Source: Candidatus Limnocylindria bacterium (lineage in GTDB: Bacteria > Chloroflexota > Limnocylindria > QHBO01). Taken from it: 64,000 nucleotides of DNA. The notes beneath the pieces are model-generated. The model was not told the DNA's origin. It saw only the letters and a list, made by a program, of their open reading frames with translations, and did no database searches. A program made the translations under genes and the position numbers. Positions 19,921-29,924 of this stretch are shown in pieces (positions within the stretch are counted from its first letter, which is position 1; every line of letters begins with the position of its first letter). The stretch lies in NCBI GenBank assembly GCA_036380955.1, contig DASVDT010000134.1, forward strand, positions 12,571 to 76,570. Direction: 5' to 3'.

Positions 19921-20445
19921 ATGCCACTCACCAGACGCATCAACGACATCCAGGTTGGCCGGCGACCGTCGCGCTGGCGCGGCGCGATGATGGCGCTGAC
20001 CGGCGCCGCGGCCGGGGCTGCGGCGGCCTTCCTGGGCGATCCAGCCCGCGGCCGAGCGCGACGCGCACGGCTTCTCGACCAGGGTGCGGCCGGGGTTCGC
20101 CACGCCGGGCGCGCCGTCGAGCGCGGACTACGCAGCCTGCGCAGCACGGCCGAAGGCAAGCTGCAGGCCATGGCGCACGGCGGCGAACGGGTGGGGCCGA
20201 TCGACGACGTCACCATCCGCGACCGCGCCGAGAGCGAGCTGTTCCGCGACGCGAACGTGCCCAAGGGCACGATCAACATCAACGTCGAGCGCGGGATCCT
20301 CGTGCTGCGGGGCGAGGTGCCGGACGACGCGATGCGGCAACGGCTCGCCGAGCACGCGGCCGCCATCGAGGGCGTCTGGAGCGTGCGGAACCTCCTCCAC
20401 CTACCGGGCGAGCCCGCGGACGAGATGGCGGCCTCGACGGCCTAG
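19921..20445 (+). CDS. BON domain-containing protein
   Basis: C-terminal BON-like VTIRDRAESELFRD...GTININVERGILVLRGEVPDD...AAAIEGVWSVRNLL. ATG 19921 is preceded by GAGGAGA. Confidence 0.75.
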   Translation: MPLTRRINDIQVGRRPSRWRGAMMALTGAAAGAAAAFLGDPARGRARRARLLDQGAAGVRHAGRAVERGLRSLRSTAEGKLQAMAHGGERVGPIDDVTIRDRAESELFRDANVPKGTININVERGILVLRGEVPDDAMRQRLAEHAAAIEGVWSVRNLLHLPGEPADEMAASTA

Positions 20446-21398
20446 CGGACCACCTCCGCCGGGCGTGCCGCGCCCAGCAGGACGTGCTCCCGCGCCAATC
20501 CGCGGCGCCAGTCGCCGGCGGGCATGCTCGCGCGCCCCTCGGGCTGGACGATCTCCAGGACCAGGGCGCCGGCGCCGCAGGCCACGGCGGGCTCGTCGCC
20601 CGGCAGCAGTGCGCCGATGGGCACGTCGTCGACACCGGCCGATGGGCGCGAGCGGCGAATGTGCAGGCGCCGATCGTCGACGGTCGTCCAGGCGCCCGGC
20701 CACGGCTGAAGCGCGCGCACCTGGCGATCGATCTCGATGGCGGGCCGGCGCCAGTCGATCCAGCCGTCCTCGCGCCTGAACAGATGGACGTGGGTCGCCG
20801 CGCCGGGATCCTGCGGCTCAGCGGTCATCGTCCCTGCGGCCCAGCGCTCCAGCTCCGGCGGCACCACGTCGGCCGCCAGGTCCGCCAGGCGCGCCTCCAG
20901 CTCGGGCGTCGTCTCGCGGCCGGTCAGCTCGACCGGCCAGCTGGCGACGATCGGTCCGGCATCGAGCTCGCCCGTCATGATCATCAGCGTGACGCCGCCT
21001 CGCTCGTCGCCCGCCAGGATCGTTCCGGCCACCGGAGCGGCGCCGCGGTGGCGCGGCAGCAGCGAGGGGTGGACGTTGAGTGGCGGCCGCGTCCCCATCT
21101 CGAGCAGTGCCTTCGGCACCATCTGGCCGTAGGCGACCAGCAGCAGGCCGTCGGGGGCCCATTCGTCCAACGCGGCCCGCGCATCCGGGGAGCGCAGCCG
21201 TGCGGGGGTCAGGACATCGAGATCGTGCTCGCGAGCGTAGGCCGTGATCGGCGTCGCTCGGAGCTGGAGCCGCCGACCCGCCGGGCGGTCCGGTTGGCTG
21301 ACCACCAGGAGCTCATCGGCCATCTCCGCCACGCGCGCGAGGAGCGGGACGCCGAAGGCGCCGGTGCCGAGGAAGGCAATGCGTCCGATCCCACCCAC
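20442..21398 (-). CDS. fmt: methionyl-tRNA formyltransferase
   Basis: IAFLGTGAFGVP, VVSQPDRPAGR and NVHPSLLPRHRGAAP motifs. GTG 21398 shares 1 nt with the def TAG. The 400-aa track ORF is over-extended. Confidence 0.92.
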   Translation of the reverse strand: MGGIGRIAFLGTGAFGVPLLARVAEMADELLVVSQPDRPAGRRLQLRATPITAYAREHDLDVLTPARLRSPDARAALDEWAPDGLLLVAYGQMVPKALLEMGTRPPLNVHPSLLPRHRGAAPVAGTILAGDERGGVTLMIMTGELDAGPIVASWPVELTGRETTPELEARLADLAADVVPPELERWAAGTMTAEPQDPGAATHVHLFRREDGWIDWRRPAIEIDRQVRALQPWPGAWTTVDDRRLHIRRSRPSAGVDDVPIGALLPGDEPAVACGAGALVLEIVQPEGRASMPAGDWRRGLAREHVLLGAARPAEVVR

Positions 21399-21904
21399 TA
21401 GATGCCGGCGGCCGTCTCTTCGGCGACCTCGTCTTCCGCCTCGCGAACGTGGACGAGCTCGTCGAGCGAATCGAGGTAGTCGATGTACAGGCGGCCGTTG
21501 AGGTGGTCGATCTCGTGCTGGAGGGCGCGCGCGAAGAGCTCCTCGCCCTTGACGCGGAACTCCCTGCCATGGCGGTCGCGCGCCTTGACGGTGACCTTCG
21601 CGGCGCGGGTGACCTCGGCCACGTAGCCGGGGATCGAGAGGCATCCCTCCCAGTCGACCTGCTCGCCGGACGACTTCACGATCTGCGGGTTGACGAGCTC
21701 GGTGAGCTTCCCGTCGATCTCGATGATCGCCACCTGGAGCGGCACGGCGACCTGGTTGGCGGCGAGCCCAACGCCCGGCGCATCGCGCATGGTCGGCAGC
21801 ATGTCATCCAGGAGCCGATGCAGGCTGGCGTCGAAGCTCGAGACCTTCTTCGTGCGTTCGCGGAGCACGGGATCCTCGGCGGTGACGATGCGACGGATGG
21901 CCAT
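21398..21904 (-). CDS. def: peptide deformylase
   Basis: The three PDF motifs GVGLAANQV, EGCLSIPG and HEIDHLNG. Confidence 0.95.
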   Translation of the reverse strand: MAIRRIVTAEDPVLRERTKKVSSFDASLHRLLDDMLPTMRDAPGVGLAANQVAVPLQVAIIEIDGKLTELVNPQIVKSSGEQVDWEGCLSIPGYVAEVTRAAKVTVKARDRHGREFRVKGEELFARALQHEIDHLNGRLYIDYLDSLDELVHVREAEDEVAEETAAGI

Positions 21905-21925
21905 GGGCTCGGATTGTACGAGAAC

Positions 21926-24277
21926 TCAGAGCAGCGACTCGGGGTCGACGTCGATCGCCACGCCGGCCGGAACGCGCTCCAGCGCGCGTCCCCGCGTCTC
22001 GGCATCCGGCGCGCGGACGACCACCTGGAACCGATAGCGCCCGGCACGTCGCGCAACATAGGCGGGCAGCGGACCCAGCGCCTCGACCCCGGGAAGGGTG
22101 ACCGCGGCCGCGGCCTCGCGGCCGCGCTCCTCGGCCTTCGCCCGGTCGGCATCGGCCACCAGGAGGCGTGCCAGCACGCTGAACGGTGGGTAGCCGAGCA
22201 AACGACGTCGCAGGAGCTCCTCATCCGCGAACCCGTCGACGTCGAGCGCCGCGGCGGCCTTCACCGCGTAGTGGGATGGTGCGTAGGTCTGGATGATGAC
22301 CGCGCCCGGCTGCGTTCCGCGCCCGGCGCGGCCGGCGACCTGCGCCAGGAGCTGGAACGTGCGCTCGGCCGCCCGAAAGTCCGGCAGGTTGAGCGTGACG
22401 TCGGCGGCCATGACGGCGGCAAGCGTCACCGATGGCAGGTCCAGCCCCTTGGCCGCCAGCTGCGTGCCGACCAGGACGTCCACGCGCCCGTCGCGGAAGT
22501 CGTCGTACACCGACTCGAACCCGCGTCGCGCCGCCAGCGCGTCCGAGTCCAGGCGCGCGACCCGCAGGCCCGGGAACCGAGCGCGGAGCTCGGCCTCCAC
22601 GCGTTGCGTCCCGGCGCCGAAATAGCGGATGCGTGCGCTGCCGCACGTCGGGCAGGTCTCCGCCGGTGCCGCCGCACGGCCGCAGTGATGGCACCGCAGC
22701 GTGCCACCGTCGAGGTGATAGACCAGCGGCAGATCGCAATCGGGGCAGCGCAGGCTCTCGCCGCAGTCGCGGCACAGGATGAACGTCGCCGCGCCGCGAC
22801 GGTTGATGAGCAGCACCGCCTGCTCGGCGCCGCGTCGCAGCGCGCCGAGCGCATCGGCCAGGGAGGCCGAGAAGACCGAGCGGTTGCCCGCGGCAAGCTC
22901 GGCCCGCAGGTCGACCACCTCGACGGCCGGCGTGCCCCCGACCCGGCGCTCCGCGAGGCGGGCGCGCTCCGCGTGGCCGCCACGCACCCGAACCAGCGTG
23001 ACGAGATCCGGCGTCGCGCTGCCGAGGACGACTCTGCCGCCACACAGGGCGGCGCGGCGACGCGCCACCCAGCGGGCGTCGTAGCGCGGGGTCCGATCGG
23101 ACTTGTAGCCGCCGTCGTGCTCCTCGTCGACGACGATGAGGCCCGCATCGAGCGGCGCGAACGCCGCGGTCCGCGTGCCGACCACGACGCGCGCTCGCCC
23201 GCGCATGATCCGCCACCACTCGTCGTGCCGCTCTCCGGCCGACAGACCGGAGTGAAGCACCGCCAGCTCGTCGCCGACCACGGCCCGCAGGCGATCCCCC
23301 ACCTGCGGCACGAGGCTCATCTCCGGGACCAGGACGATTGCGCCGCGCCCGGCCGCGAGCGTCTCCGCGATGGCGGCCAGGTAGACGTCGGTCTTGCCCG
23401 ACGCGGCCACCCCCTCGAGCAGGAGCTCGCCCCCCGGCGGCAGCGCGGCGATGGCCTTGACGGCCGCTGCTTGCTCCTGCGCGAGGTCGTGACGCGCCGC
23501 GGAGGCCAGGGGTCGGTGCTGGAGCGGATCGCGCTCCAGGCTCCGCCAGCCGAGCTCGACGCGGCCGAGCGCCGCGAGCCGCCGCGCTGGAGCCAGCAGG
23601 CTTCCCGCATCGACGCCCATCAGCTCGGCGAGCTCGCCCATGCTCCGCTCCCGGCCGTCCAGCGCCTCGAGCAGGGCTCGCTGCACCGGCGCGCGCCTCG
23701 GCAGGTCGCGATCGTCGGCCACCGGACGGACCATGCGCTCGCGGCGCTCGGACACCTCCGGCGGCCGCAGCGACCATTCGGCGCGGATCACGCCGTTGCG
23801 TCGGAGCCGCTCGATCCACGCGGTCCGGCCGCGTCGTGGGGCGCGGCGCACGAGCGCGGCATCGGCGATGTGGCCGTCAGCCTCGGCCAGGCCGTTCAGC
23901 TCCGCGGGCAGCTCATCGGGTCGCTTCACGACCCATCGGCGCAGCAGGCGCGACTCGAGGCCGGGCGGCAGCATCGCCGCGAGGGTCGTGCCGATCGGCG
24001 CGCGGTAGTAGCTGGCGATCTCCTCCGCCAGGGCGAGCAGGTCCGGCGTGAGCATCGGCGCCGAGACCACCGCCTCCACCATCTTCATGTCGGCCGCCGG
24101 TTCCGCCTGGCCGGGAAGGAGATAGCCGAGCGCCAGGCGATGGCCATAGGGAACGAGCAGGAGCGAACCGGCGGACGCGTCGCCGAGCTCGGGGCCGAGC
24201 AGGTAGCTGAACGTTCGCTCCGGTCGGTCGGCGAGGGCCTCGACCGCGACGCGCACCGGCCGTGCGCTCGGGCTCAT
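21926..24277 (-). CDS. priA: primosomal protein N-prime (PriA helicase)
   Basis: Walker A GVAASGKT, DEEHD box and Cys-rich zinc insertion (CRDCGESLRCPDCD...CHHCG...CPTCGS). Confidence 0.93.
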   Translation of the reverse strand: MSPSARPVRVAVEALADRPERTFSYLLGPELGDASAGSLLLVPYGHRLALGYLLPGQAEPAADMKMVEAVVSAPMLTPDLLALAEEIASYYRAPIGTTLAAMLPPGLESRLLRRWVVKRPDELPAELNGLAEADGHIADAALVRRAPRRGRTAWIERLRRNGVIRAEWSLRPPEVSERRERMVRPVADDRDLPRRAPVQRALLEALDGRERSMGELAELMGVDAGSLLAPARRLAALGRVELGWRSLERDPLQHRPLASAARHDLAQEQAAAVKAIAALPPGGELLLEGVAASGKTDVYLAAIAETLAAGRGAIVLVPEMSLVPQVGDRLRAVVGDELAVLHSGLSAGERHDEWWRIMRGRARVVVGTRTAAFAPLDAGLIVVDEEHDGGYKSDRTPRYDARWVARRRAALCGGRVVLGSATPDLVTLVRVRGGHAERARLAERRVGGTPAVEVVDLRAELAAGNRSVFSASLADALGALRRGAEQAVLLINRRGAATFILCRDCGESLRCPDCDLPLVYHLDGGTLRCHHCGRAAAPAETCPTCGSARIRYFGAGTQRVEAELRARFPGLRVARLDSDALAARRGFESVYDDFRDGRVDVLVGTQLAAKGLDLPSVTLAAVMAADVTLNLPDFRAAERTFQLLAQVAGRAGRGTQPGAVIIQTYAPSHYAVKAAAALDVDGFADEELLRRRLLGYPPFSVLARLLVADADRAKAEERGREAAAAVTLPGVEALGPLPAYVARRAGRYRFQVVVRAPDAETRGRALERVPAGVAIDVDPESLL

Positions 24278-24286
24278 CGGCGAAGC

Positions 24287-24907
24287 CTAGACCCGTGGTC
24301 GACGCGGAGGATCGCGGCGGGCCTCGGCCTGGATGATCTCCCAGATGCGCTCGGCGGCCTCCTCCGGGTGGCCGGTCTCGTTGACCACGACGTGGTCGTA
24401 GTCGCCGGCCTGTGCCATCCAGCGCTCCGCGTCACGCCGCCGGCGCTCGAGGCTGGCTTCGGACTCGGAGCCGCGACCCCGCAGCCGCTCGGTGAGGTCC
24501 TCCATGGACGGCGGCATGACGAAGATGAGCAGCGCGTCGGGCACCTGCTTCCGAACGTTGCGCGCGCCCTCCGGGCTGATCGTCAGGATCGCGTCGCGGC
24601 CGGCGGCCAGGATGCCGCGCACCTGGTCGATCGGGGTGCCGTACCAGTGCCCGTGGTTGTCTGCGTGCTCGAGCAGCCCGTCGCGCTCGATGAGCGCCTG
24701 GAACTCGGCGTCTGACAGGAAGTGGTAGTGGACGCCGTCGACCTCCTCCGCGCGGCGTTCACGGGTGGTGGCGGTGACGATCGGGACGACCTGCGGCCGG
24801 CGACGCGCCAGCTGAGCGACGATGGTGCTCTTCCCCACGCCCGACGGGCCGCTGACGACCACCAGCATCGGGTTGGGAAACGTCATGCGCTTGTCGGTCT
24901 CGGTCAT
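24287..24907 (-). CDS. gmk: guanylate kinase
   Basis: P-loop GPSGVGKST and Gmk-like core. 4-nt overlap with the rluD stop. Confidence 0.95.
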   Translation of the reverse strand: MTETDKRMTFPNPMLVVVSGPSGVGKSTIVAQLARRRPQVVPIVTATTRERRAEEVDGVHYHFLSDAEFQALIERDGLLEHADNHGHWYGTPIDQVRGILAAGRDAILTISPEGARNVRKQVPDALLIFVMPPSMEDLTERLRGRGSESEASLERRRRDAERWMAQAGDYDHVVVNETGHPEEAAERIWEIIQAEARRDPPRRPRV

Positions 24908-25872
24908 TCCGCCACCTCGGCGCCGACACCCACCGGCAGCCGCGTCACGCCCGCCATGTCCGTGGCGCTCAACGACGCCGCCAGGTCTGCCGGCAGCTCG
25001 CTCCAGGCGTGCACGCGCCGCGCGTCGTCGGGCCGATCGAACGCCAGCCGCGCCGCATGCAGGAACTGCCGTCGCAGCCCTCCCGGCCCCTCTCCCCCGC
25101 CGTAGCGCACGTCACCGGCGATCGGCAGCCCCAGGTACGCCAGGTGCGCCCGGATCTGGTGCGTCCGACCGGTGAGCGGGTGCAGTGCCAGCAGGGCGTA
25201 GCCGCCACCGGCGGCCAGCTGCTCGTACTCCGTCGTCGAGTCCCGGCCGCCGGCGACGACGGCCATGCGCTGGCGATCGCGCGGATCGCGGCCGATCGGC
25301 GCCTCGATACGCCCCCGCGTCGCGGGTGGCTCGCCGCGAACGAGCGCCAGGTACTCCTTCTCGACGGTGCGGTCGCCGAACTGGCGCATGAGTGTCGCCT
25401 GGGCCGCATCCGTCTTGGCGATCACGATGAGCCCGCTGGTGTCCTTGTCGAGCCGATGCACGATCCCCGGCCGCCCGACGCCGGCGATGGAGCCGAGCGG
25501 CTCGCCTCGCTCGATGGCTCGGCCGAGGAGGGCGTTGACGAGCGTGCCACTGCCATGGCCGGCGGATGGGTGGACGACCAGGCCGGCGGGCTTGTCCACG
25601 ACGAGCAGGGCGTCGTCCTCGTAGGCGACACGCAGCGGGATCGACTCCGGCTCGAGCGACTCGTCGGGCGGCGCCGACAGCTCGACGCTGATCCGCTCGC
25701 CGCCGCTGAGCCGGTCGCTGGAGCGCCGGCGCGCGCCATCCACCAATGCCCGGCCGTCGCCGATGAGCCGCTGGGCATGCGCCCGGCTGATGCCGGCGAC
25801 GGCCGCGACCGCAACGTCCACCCGGCCGGCCGGTGCCGGCCCCTCGGCCGTGCGCTCGAGCGCCGCTGTCAC
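24904..25872 (-). CDS. rluD: RluA-family 23S rRNA pseudouridine synthase (RluD-like)
   Basis: N-terminal S4-like domain and catalytic HRLDKDTSGL motif. Confidence 0.9.
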   Translation of the reverse strand: MTAALERTAEGPAPAGRVDVAVAAVAGISRAHAQRLIGDGRALVDGARRRSSDRLSGGERISVELSAPPDESLEPESIPLRVAYEDDALLVVDKPAGLVVHPSAGHGSGTLVNALLGRAIERGEPLGSIAGVGRPGIVHRLDKDTSGLIVIAKTDAAQATLMRQFGDRTVEKEYLALVRGEPPATRGRIEAPIGRDPRDRQRMAVVAGGRDSTTEYEQLAAGGGYALLALHPLTGRTHQIRAHLAYLGLPIAGDVRYGGGEGPGGLRRQFLHAARLAFDRPDDARRVHAWSELPADLAASLSATDMAGVTRLPVGVGAEVAE

Positions 25873-26393
25873 GGCGTGGCGCCGTCACGCTCGTCACGGC
25901 GATCGACGAAGGTCAGGTAGAGCACCAGCAGGCCGATGCCGACCACGACTGCCGAGTCGGCGACATTGAACGTCGGGAACCTGGTGTTCCCGATCCCGAC
26001 GCTGACGAAGTCCACCACGTAGCCCAGTCGAAGGCGATCGGTCAGGTTTCCGAGCGTCCCGGCCAGCACGCCGCCGAGCACGACGTGGATCCATGGCCCG
26101 CGCTCACGGAACGAGCGGAAGAAGTAGGCGATCATCACCAGCGCCACGATCGTGACCGGGATGAACAGCCAGATGGCGCCGGGAAAGAGGCTGAACGCGG
26201 CGCCGGTGTTCTGCACGTGCCAGATCCGGACGAGATCGCCGATGACGTTGACGTACTCGCCGCGGTCGAGCGACGCGACGACGATGGCCTTCGAGACCTG
26301 GTCCGCCACGTACAGCGCCGCGGCGGTGCCCGTCAGGACGAGCGCCGGCCTCAGCGTCACGACGCGTTCGGTGCTGGCCTCCACGCGACTCAC
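25869..26393 (-). CDS. lspA: lipoprotein signal peptidase II
   Basis: NTGAAFS and FNVADS motifs and four TM helices. GTG 26393 (alternatives 26384 and 26360) lies just downstream of the ileS stop. The 294-aa track ORF is over-extended into ileS. Confidence 0.88.
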   Translation of the reverse strand: MSRVEASTERVVTLRPALVLTGTAAALYVADQVSKAIVVASLDRGEYVNVIGDLVRIWHVQNTGAAFSLFPGAIWLFIPVTIVALVMIAYFFRSFRERGPWIHVVLGGVLAGTLGNLTDRLRLGYVVDFVSVGIGNTRFPTFNVADSAVVVGIGLLVLYLTFVDRRDERDGATP

Positions 26394-26412
26394 TCTAGCC
26401 GACCGCTCGCGC

Positions 26413-29400
26413 TCAGGCGCGCGCGACCGATAGCTCGAGCTCGACCCCGTCGAGCGTTGCCGTCTCGCGCAGATCGGGATTCTCGATGGCCGCGCCGGGC
26501 CCGAGCAGCACGCTCGTGGCCAGCAGCTCGTCGGCCAGCCACTCGCGATGTGCCGCGAGCCGATCGACGACGGCCAGCTCTGCGCCGACCGCGACACGGA
26601 CGCGGTCGCTGATCTCGTAGCCGGCCGATCGACGCAGCGCCTGGAGCCGGTGCGCGACCTCGCGCGCCAGGCCCTCTGCGGCGAGGTCGTCGTCGATGGT
26701 CGTGTCCAGCGCGACGAGCAGGTCGCCATCCTCGGCGACCTCGTGGCCGGCACGCGCGCGGGCCGTGAGCTCGAACTCGTCCGGTTGGAGGGTGATCCCG
26801 CCGGCGGTCACCGTCCCGTCGTCGTTGAGCGTCCAATCACCCGAGCGCGCGGCGCCCATGATCGCGCCCACGGCCCTGCCGTGCCGCGGGCCGAGCACCG
26901 GCAGGAGCGGATACAGGGTCTGCTCGATCAGCTCCGATGCGTCGGGCAGAAGCTCCATGGCGCGCACGTTGAGCTCGTCGATGACCTCGCTGGTCAGCTC
27001 GGCGTCCGTCGCGGGATCCGGGCTGAGGGCACCGCGCGCCGCGACCGGCAGCTTGACGTGAACGGTGGGCAGCGGCTGTCGCGTCCGCACGCCCGAGGCC
27101 GCGCGGGCCGCCCGACCGAGGGCGACCGTCCGCCGGGCGAGTGCCACCGCCTGGTCGACCGCGGCGTCGGCGCGACCGGCCGGGGCCGGCGCATCGGTCA
27201 GGTGGACGCTGTCAGGCTGGCCGGCATCGACGCCCGCCACCAGGTTGTCCCACATCTCGTCCGCCAGGTGCGGCGTGATCGGCGCCATGAGGCGGCACAG
27301 CGTGGTGAGCACCTCGTGCAGCGTGGCGTACGCCGCCCGCTTGTCGTCGTCCAGGTCGCCCTTCCAGAAGCGACGCCGGTTCCGCCGGACGTACCAGTTC
27401 GAGAGGTCGTCGACGAAGGCCTCGATCGATCGGGTCGCTCGCTGGGCGTCATATCCGTCCAGCGCTCCGCGGACGTCGCCGATCACGCCGTCCAGGCGCG
27501 ACAGGATCCATCGGTCGAGCAGCGTCCGGGCGCCCTCGACGCCATCGGTCTGGTCCGGGGTCCAGCCGTCGAGCCGCGCGTACGTGATCAGGAAGCCGTA
27601 CGTGTTCCACAGCGGCAGGAAGAAGCGACGCACCACCTCGTGCCCGGGACCGTAGCCGAAGCGCAGGTTCACCGATGGGTTGGCGGACGCATACATCCAG
27701 CGCATGACGTCGGCGCCGATGCGTTCGGCGGCCTCGTCGAACGGAATGGAGTTGCCCTTCGACTTGTGCATCTCCTCGCCGTGTTCGTCGAGGAGCAGCG
27801 CGTAGGCGAAGAGGCTGCGGAAGGGCGCCTCGCCGGTCATCACGGTCGACTCGGTCAGGAGCGCGTAGAACCAGTTCCGGAACTGGCCCGGGAAGCTCTC
27901 GCTGACCCAGTCGGCCGGATACCACTCGCGCCAGTAGTCGCGGTCGCTGTTCCACTTCAGCGTCGCGAGCGCCACGATGCCGGCGTCCAGCCACGGGTTG
28001 CCGACGTCCGTCGTGCGCCTGGCGGTCCCGCCACACGACGCGCACGCAATCTCGACCGCGTCGATCCAGGGCCGATGCGGCGAATGGCCCTCGAAGTCGT
28101 CCCAGCCGGAGGCCGCCCGCTCGCGCAGCTCCTCCTTCGAGCCGATGATCTCCCAGCCGTCGCACTCGGTGCATTCCCAGATGGGCAGCGCCAGGCCGTA
28201 GTAGCGCTTCTTGCTGATCATCCAGTCGCCCATGTTCCGCAGCCAATCGAGCTCGCGCTCCTCGAGGCCGATGCCTTCCGGCAGCCAGCGCGCGCTGCGC
28301 GTCGCGTCGCCGATCGGTTCGCGCAGCGGGTCCATGGCGATGAACCACTCGTCGACGAGGCGAAAGATGAGCTGCGTCCCGCAGCGCCAGCAATGGGGGT
28401 AGGAGTGCGCGTAGCTCTCCTTCGCCACGAGCTTGCCCTTGCGGTCGAGGTCGGTGACGACGTCGCGCGCCAGATCGGAGCCGGGATCGTCGGTCGCGCC
28501 GGCGTAGCGGCCGGTCTGCCAGCCGAAGCCCTCGCCGAACACGCCGAACTGGTCGATCGGATCGATGACCGGCAGGTCATTCGCCTTCGACAGCGCGAAG
28601 TCCTCCTGGCCGCAGCCCGGGGCGATGTGGACGATGCCGGTGCCCTCGGCATCGGAGACCTCGTCCCAGGCGATGACGCGGTGCACGACGCCCGCCGCGG
28701 CCGGGAGCTCGTCGAAGGGGCCCTCGTACTCGAGGCCGACCAGCTCGGCGCCGCGCACCTCGCGCACCACGCTCGCCTCGGGGGCGATACGGGGCTTGGA
28801 GCCGGCGCTCACCCACCACGTCCGGCCGTCGCGGCCCTCGACCAGCTGATAGGTCAGCTCGGGATGCACGGCCGCGGCGACGTTGCTCGACAGCGTCCAC
28901 GGCGTTGTCGTCCAGACCAGCAGATCCTCTCCGTCGTGGCCGGCGGAGGTGATCGGCAGGCGCAGCGTCACCGACAGGTGGCGGACGTCGCGGTAGCCTT
29001 CGGCCGCCTCGGCGTTGCTGATGCCGGTCCCGCAGCGCGGGCACCACGGCATCACGTCGTGACCCTTGTAGACCAATCCCCGCCGGTGGCACTCGGCCAG
29101 GAACGACCAGATCGTGTAGTTGTTCTCGTCCGAGTTCGTGTAGTAGCTGTCGTCCCAATCCATCCAGTAGCCGAGCCGCTTGCTCTGCTCGGTGATGAGG
29201 GCCGCGAACTTGTCGACGCGCGCCTTGCACAGCTCGACGAAGCGGTCGATCCCGAACTCCTCGATCTGGCGCTTGTTGTTGAAGCCCAGCTCGCGCTCCA
29301 CCTCGACCTCGATCCACAGGCCCTGGCAGTCGAAGCCGTTCTGGTAGCGCTGTCGCTCCCCGAGCATCGTGTGGTAGCGCTGGTAGAGGTCCTTGTACGT

Positions 29401-29607
29401 TCGGCCCCAGGCGTGGTGCACGCCCATCGGGTTGTTGGCGGTGATCGGCCCGTCGATGAAGCTGAACTTGCGCTCTGCGGCCGCGTTGCGCCCGAGGTAG
29501 CGCGACATCGTGTCGTGCTCGCGCCAGCGCGCGATCACCTCGCGCTCCAGCGCGGGGACATCCAGCTTGCTCGATACCGGCCTGAACACCTTGGCTGTGC
29601 TCCACAT
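26413..29607 (-). CDS. ileS: isoleucine--tRNA ligase
   Basis: 1064 aa. Class I HIGH-type motif (PMGVHHAWGR), KMSKS-type motif (MHKSKGNS), CP1 editing domain and a Cys-rich insertion. Confidence 0.97.
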   Translation of the reverse strand: MWSTAKVFRPVSSKLDVPALEREVIARWREHDTMSRYLGRNAAAERKFSFIDGPITANNPMGVHHAWGRTYKDLYQRYHTMLGERQRYQNGFDCQGLWIEVEVERELGFNNKRQIEEFGIDRFVELCKARVDKFAALITEQSKRLGYWMDWDDSYYTNSDENNYTIWSFLAECHRRGLVYKGHDVMPWCPRCGTGISNAEAAEGYRDVRHLSVTLRLPITSAGHDGEDLLVWTTTPWTLSSNVAAAVHPELTYQLVEGRDGRTWWVSAGSKPRIAPEASVVREVRGAELVGLEYEGPFDELPAAAGVVHRVIAWDEVSDAEGTGIVHIAPGCGQEDFALSKANDLPVIDPIDQFGVFGEGFGWQTGRYAGATDDPGSDLARDVVTDLDRKGKLVAKESYAHSYPHCWRCGTQLIFRLVDEWFIAMDPLREPIGDATRSARWLPEGIGLEERELDWLRNMGDWMISKKRYYGLALPIWECTECDGWEIIGSKEELRERAASGWDDFEGHSPHRPWIDAVEIACASCGGTARRTTDVGNPWLDAGIVALATLKWNSDRDYWREWYPADWVSESFPGQFRNWFYALLTESTVMTGEAPFRSLFAYALLLDEHGEEMHKSKGNSIPFDEAAERIGADVMRWMYASANPSVNLRFGYGPGHEVVRRFFLPLWNTYGFLITYARLDGWTPDQTDGVEGARTLLDRWILSRLDGVIGDVRGALDGYDAQRATRSIEAFVDDLSNWYVRRNRRRFWKGDLDDDKRAAYATLHEVLTTLCRLMAPITPHLADEMWDNLVAGVDAGQPDSVHLTDAPAPAGRADAAVDQAVALARRTVALGRAARAASGVRTRQPLPTVHVKLPVAARGALSPDPATDAELTSEVIDELNVRAMELLPDASELIEQTLYPLLPVLGPRHGRAVGAIMGAARSGDWTLNDDGTVTAGGITLQPDEFELTARARAGHEVAEDGDLLVALDTTIDDDLAAEGLAREVAHRLQALRRSAGYEISDRVRVAVGAELAVVDRLAAHREWLADELLATSVLLGPGAAIENPDLRETATLDGVELELSVARA

Positions 29608-29860
29608 GACAAAGAACCCGCCCCGGTAACTCCGGGACGGGATGACTCCCGCGGTACCACCCGCGCTTGACCGATGCGCCGCGCGCGTCGATCCACTTGG
29701 CTGCGATGTCTATCGGGGGCAATCCCGGGAGGCGTTACGAGCGGCCGGCGCAGGTTCGCCGCCGATTTGGCGTCTCCGGCTCGGGAGGGATGGCTGCGTC
29801 GCCGTGACCGCCTGCTCCCACCGTCTCAGGCTCGCTCGTGGTCCGGTGCCGACGCCGTCG
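29608..29860 (-). promoter_or_regulatory. T-box riboswitch leader of ileS
   Basis: The minus strand contains the T-box core AAGCGCGGGTGGTACCGCGGGAG (29648-29662 = GGGTGGTACCGCGGG), followed by the terminator. Upstream, GAGACGGTGGGA resembles the AG-bay and GNUGGNA distal-loop motifs. AUC triplets are present but the specifier is not assigned. Confidence 0.7.
29609..29641 (-). terminator. T-box terminator hairpin immediately upstream of ileS
   Basis: On the minus strand, CCCGTCCCGG-AGTTA-CCGGGGCGGG (10-bp stem with one G-U) followed by TTCTTTGT and then the ileS ATG. Confidence 0.65.
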
Positions 29861-29924
29861 TGGCTCCGTCGTCGCCGTCTTCGATTGAGCACGGATCGTC
29901 GCAGCGCGCTCGGCCGGTGTCAAT

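Noticed and set aside
20442-21644. Long forms of fmt (400 aa), lspA (25869-26753), coaD (11428-12132), tpiA (61021-62349), rpsF (37194-37877), nusB, the ATZ/TRZ amidohydrolase and ureohydrolase 1 as listed in the ORF track
   Set aside because: The extra N-terminal residues are Arg/Pro-rich and overlap the preceding gene. Internal ATG/GTG starts coincide exactly with upstream stop codons and with the conserved N-termini of each family.
21449-24715. 1088-aa plus-strand ORF across def, priA and gmk
   Set aside because: It is antisense to three motif-verified genes, so it is a shadow ORF.
26548-29670. 1040-aa plus-strand ORF antisense to ileS
   Set aside because: ileS on the minus strand has HIGH/KMSKS motifs and is full length. 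The plus-strand ORF is a shadow ORF.
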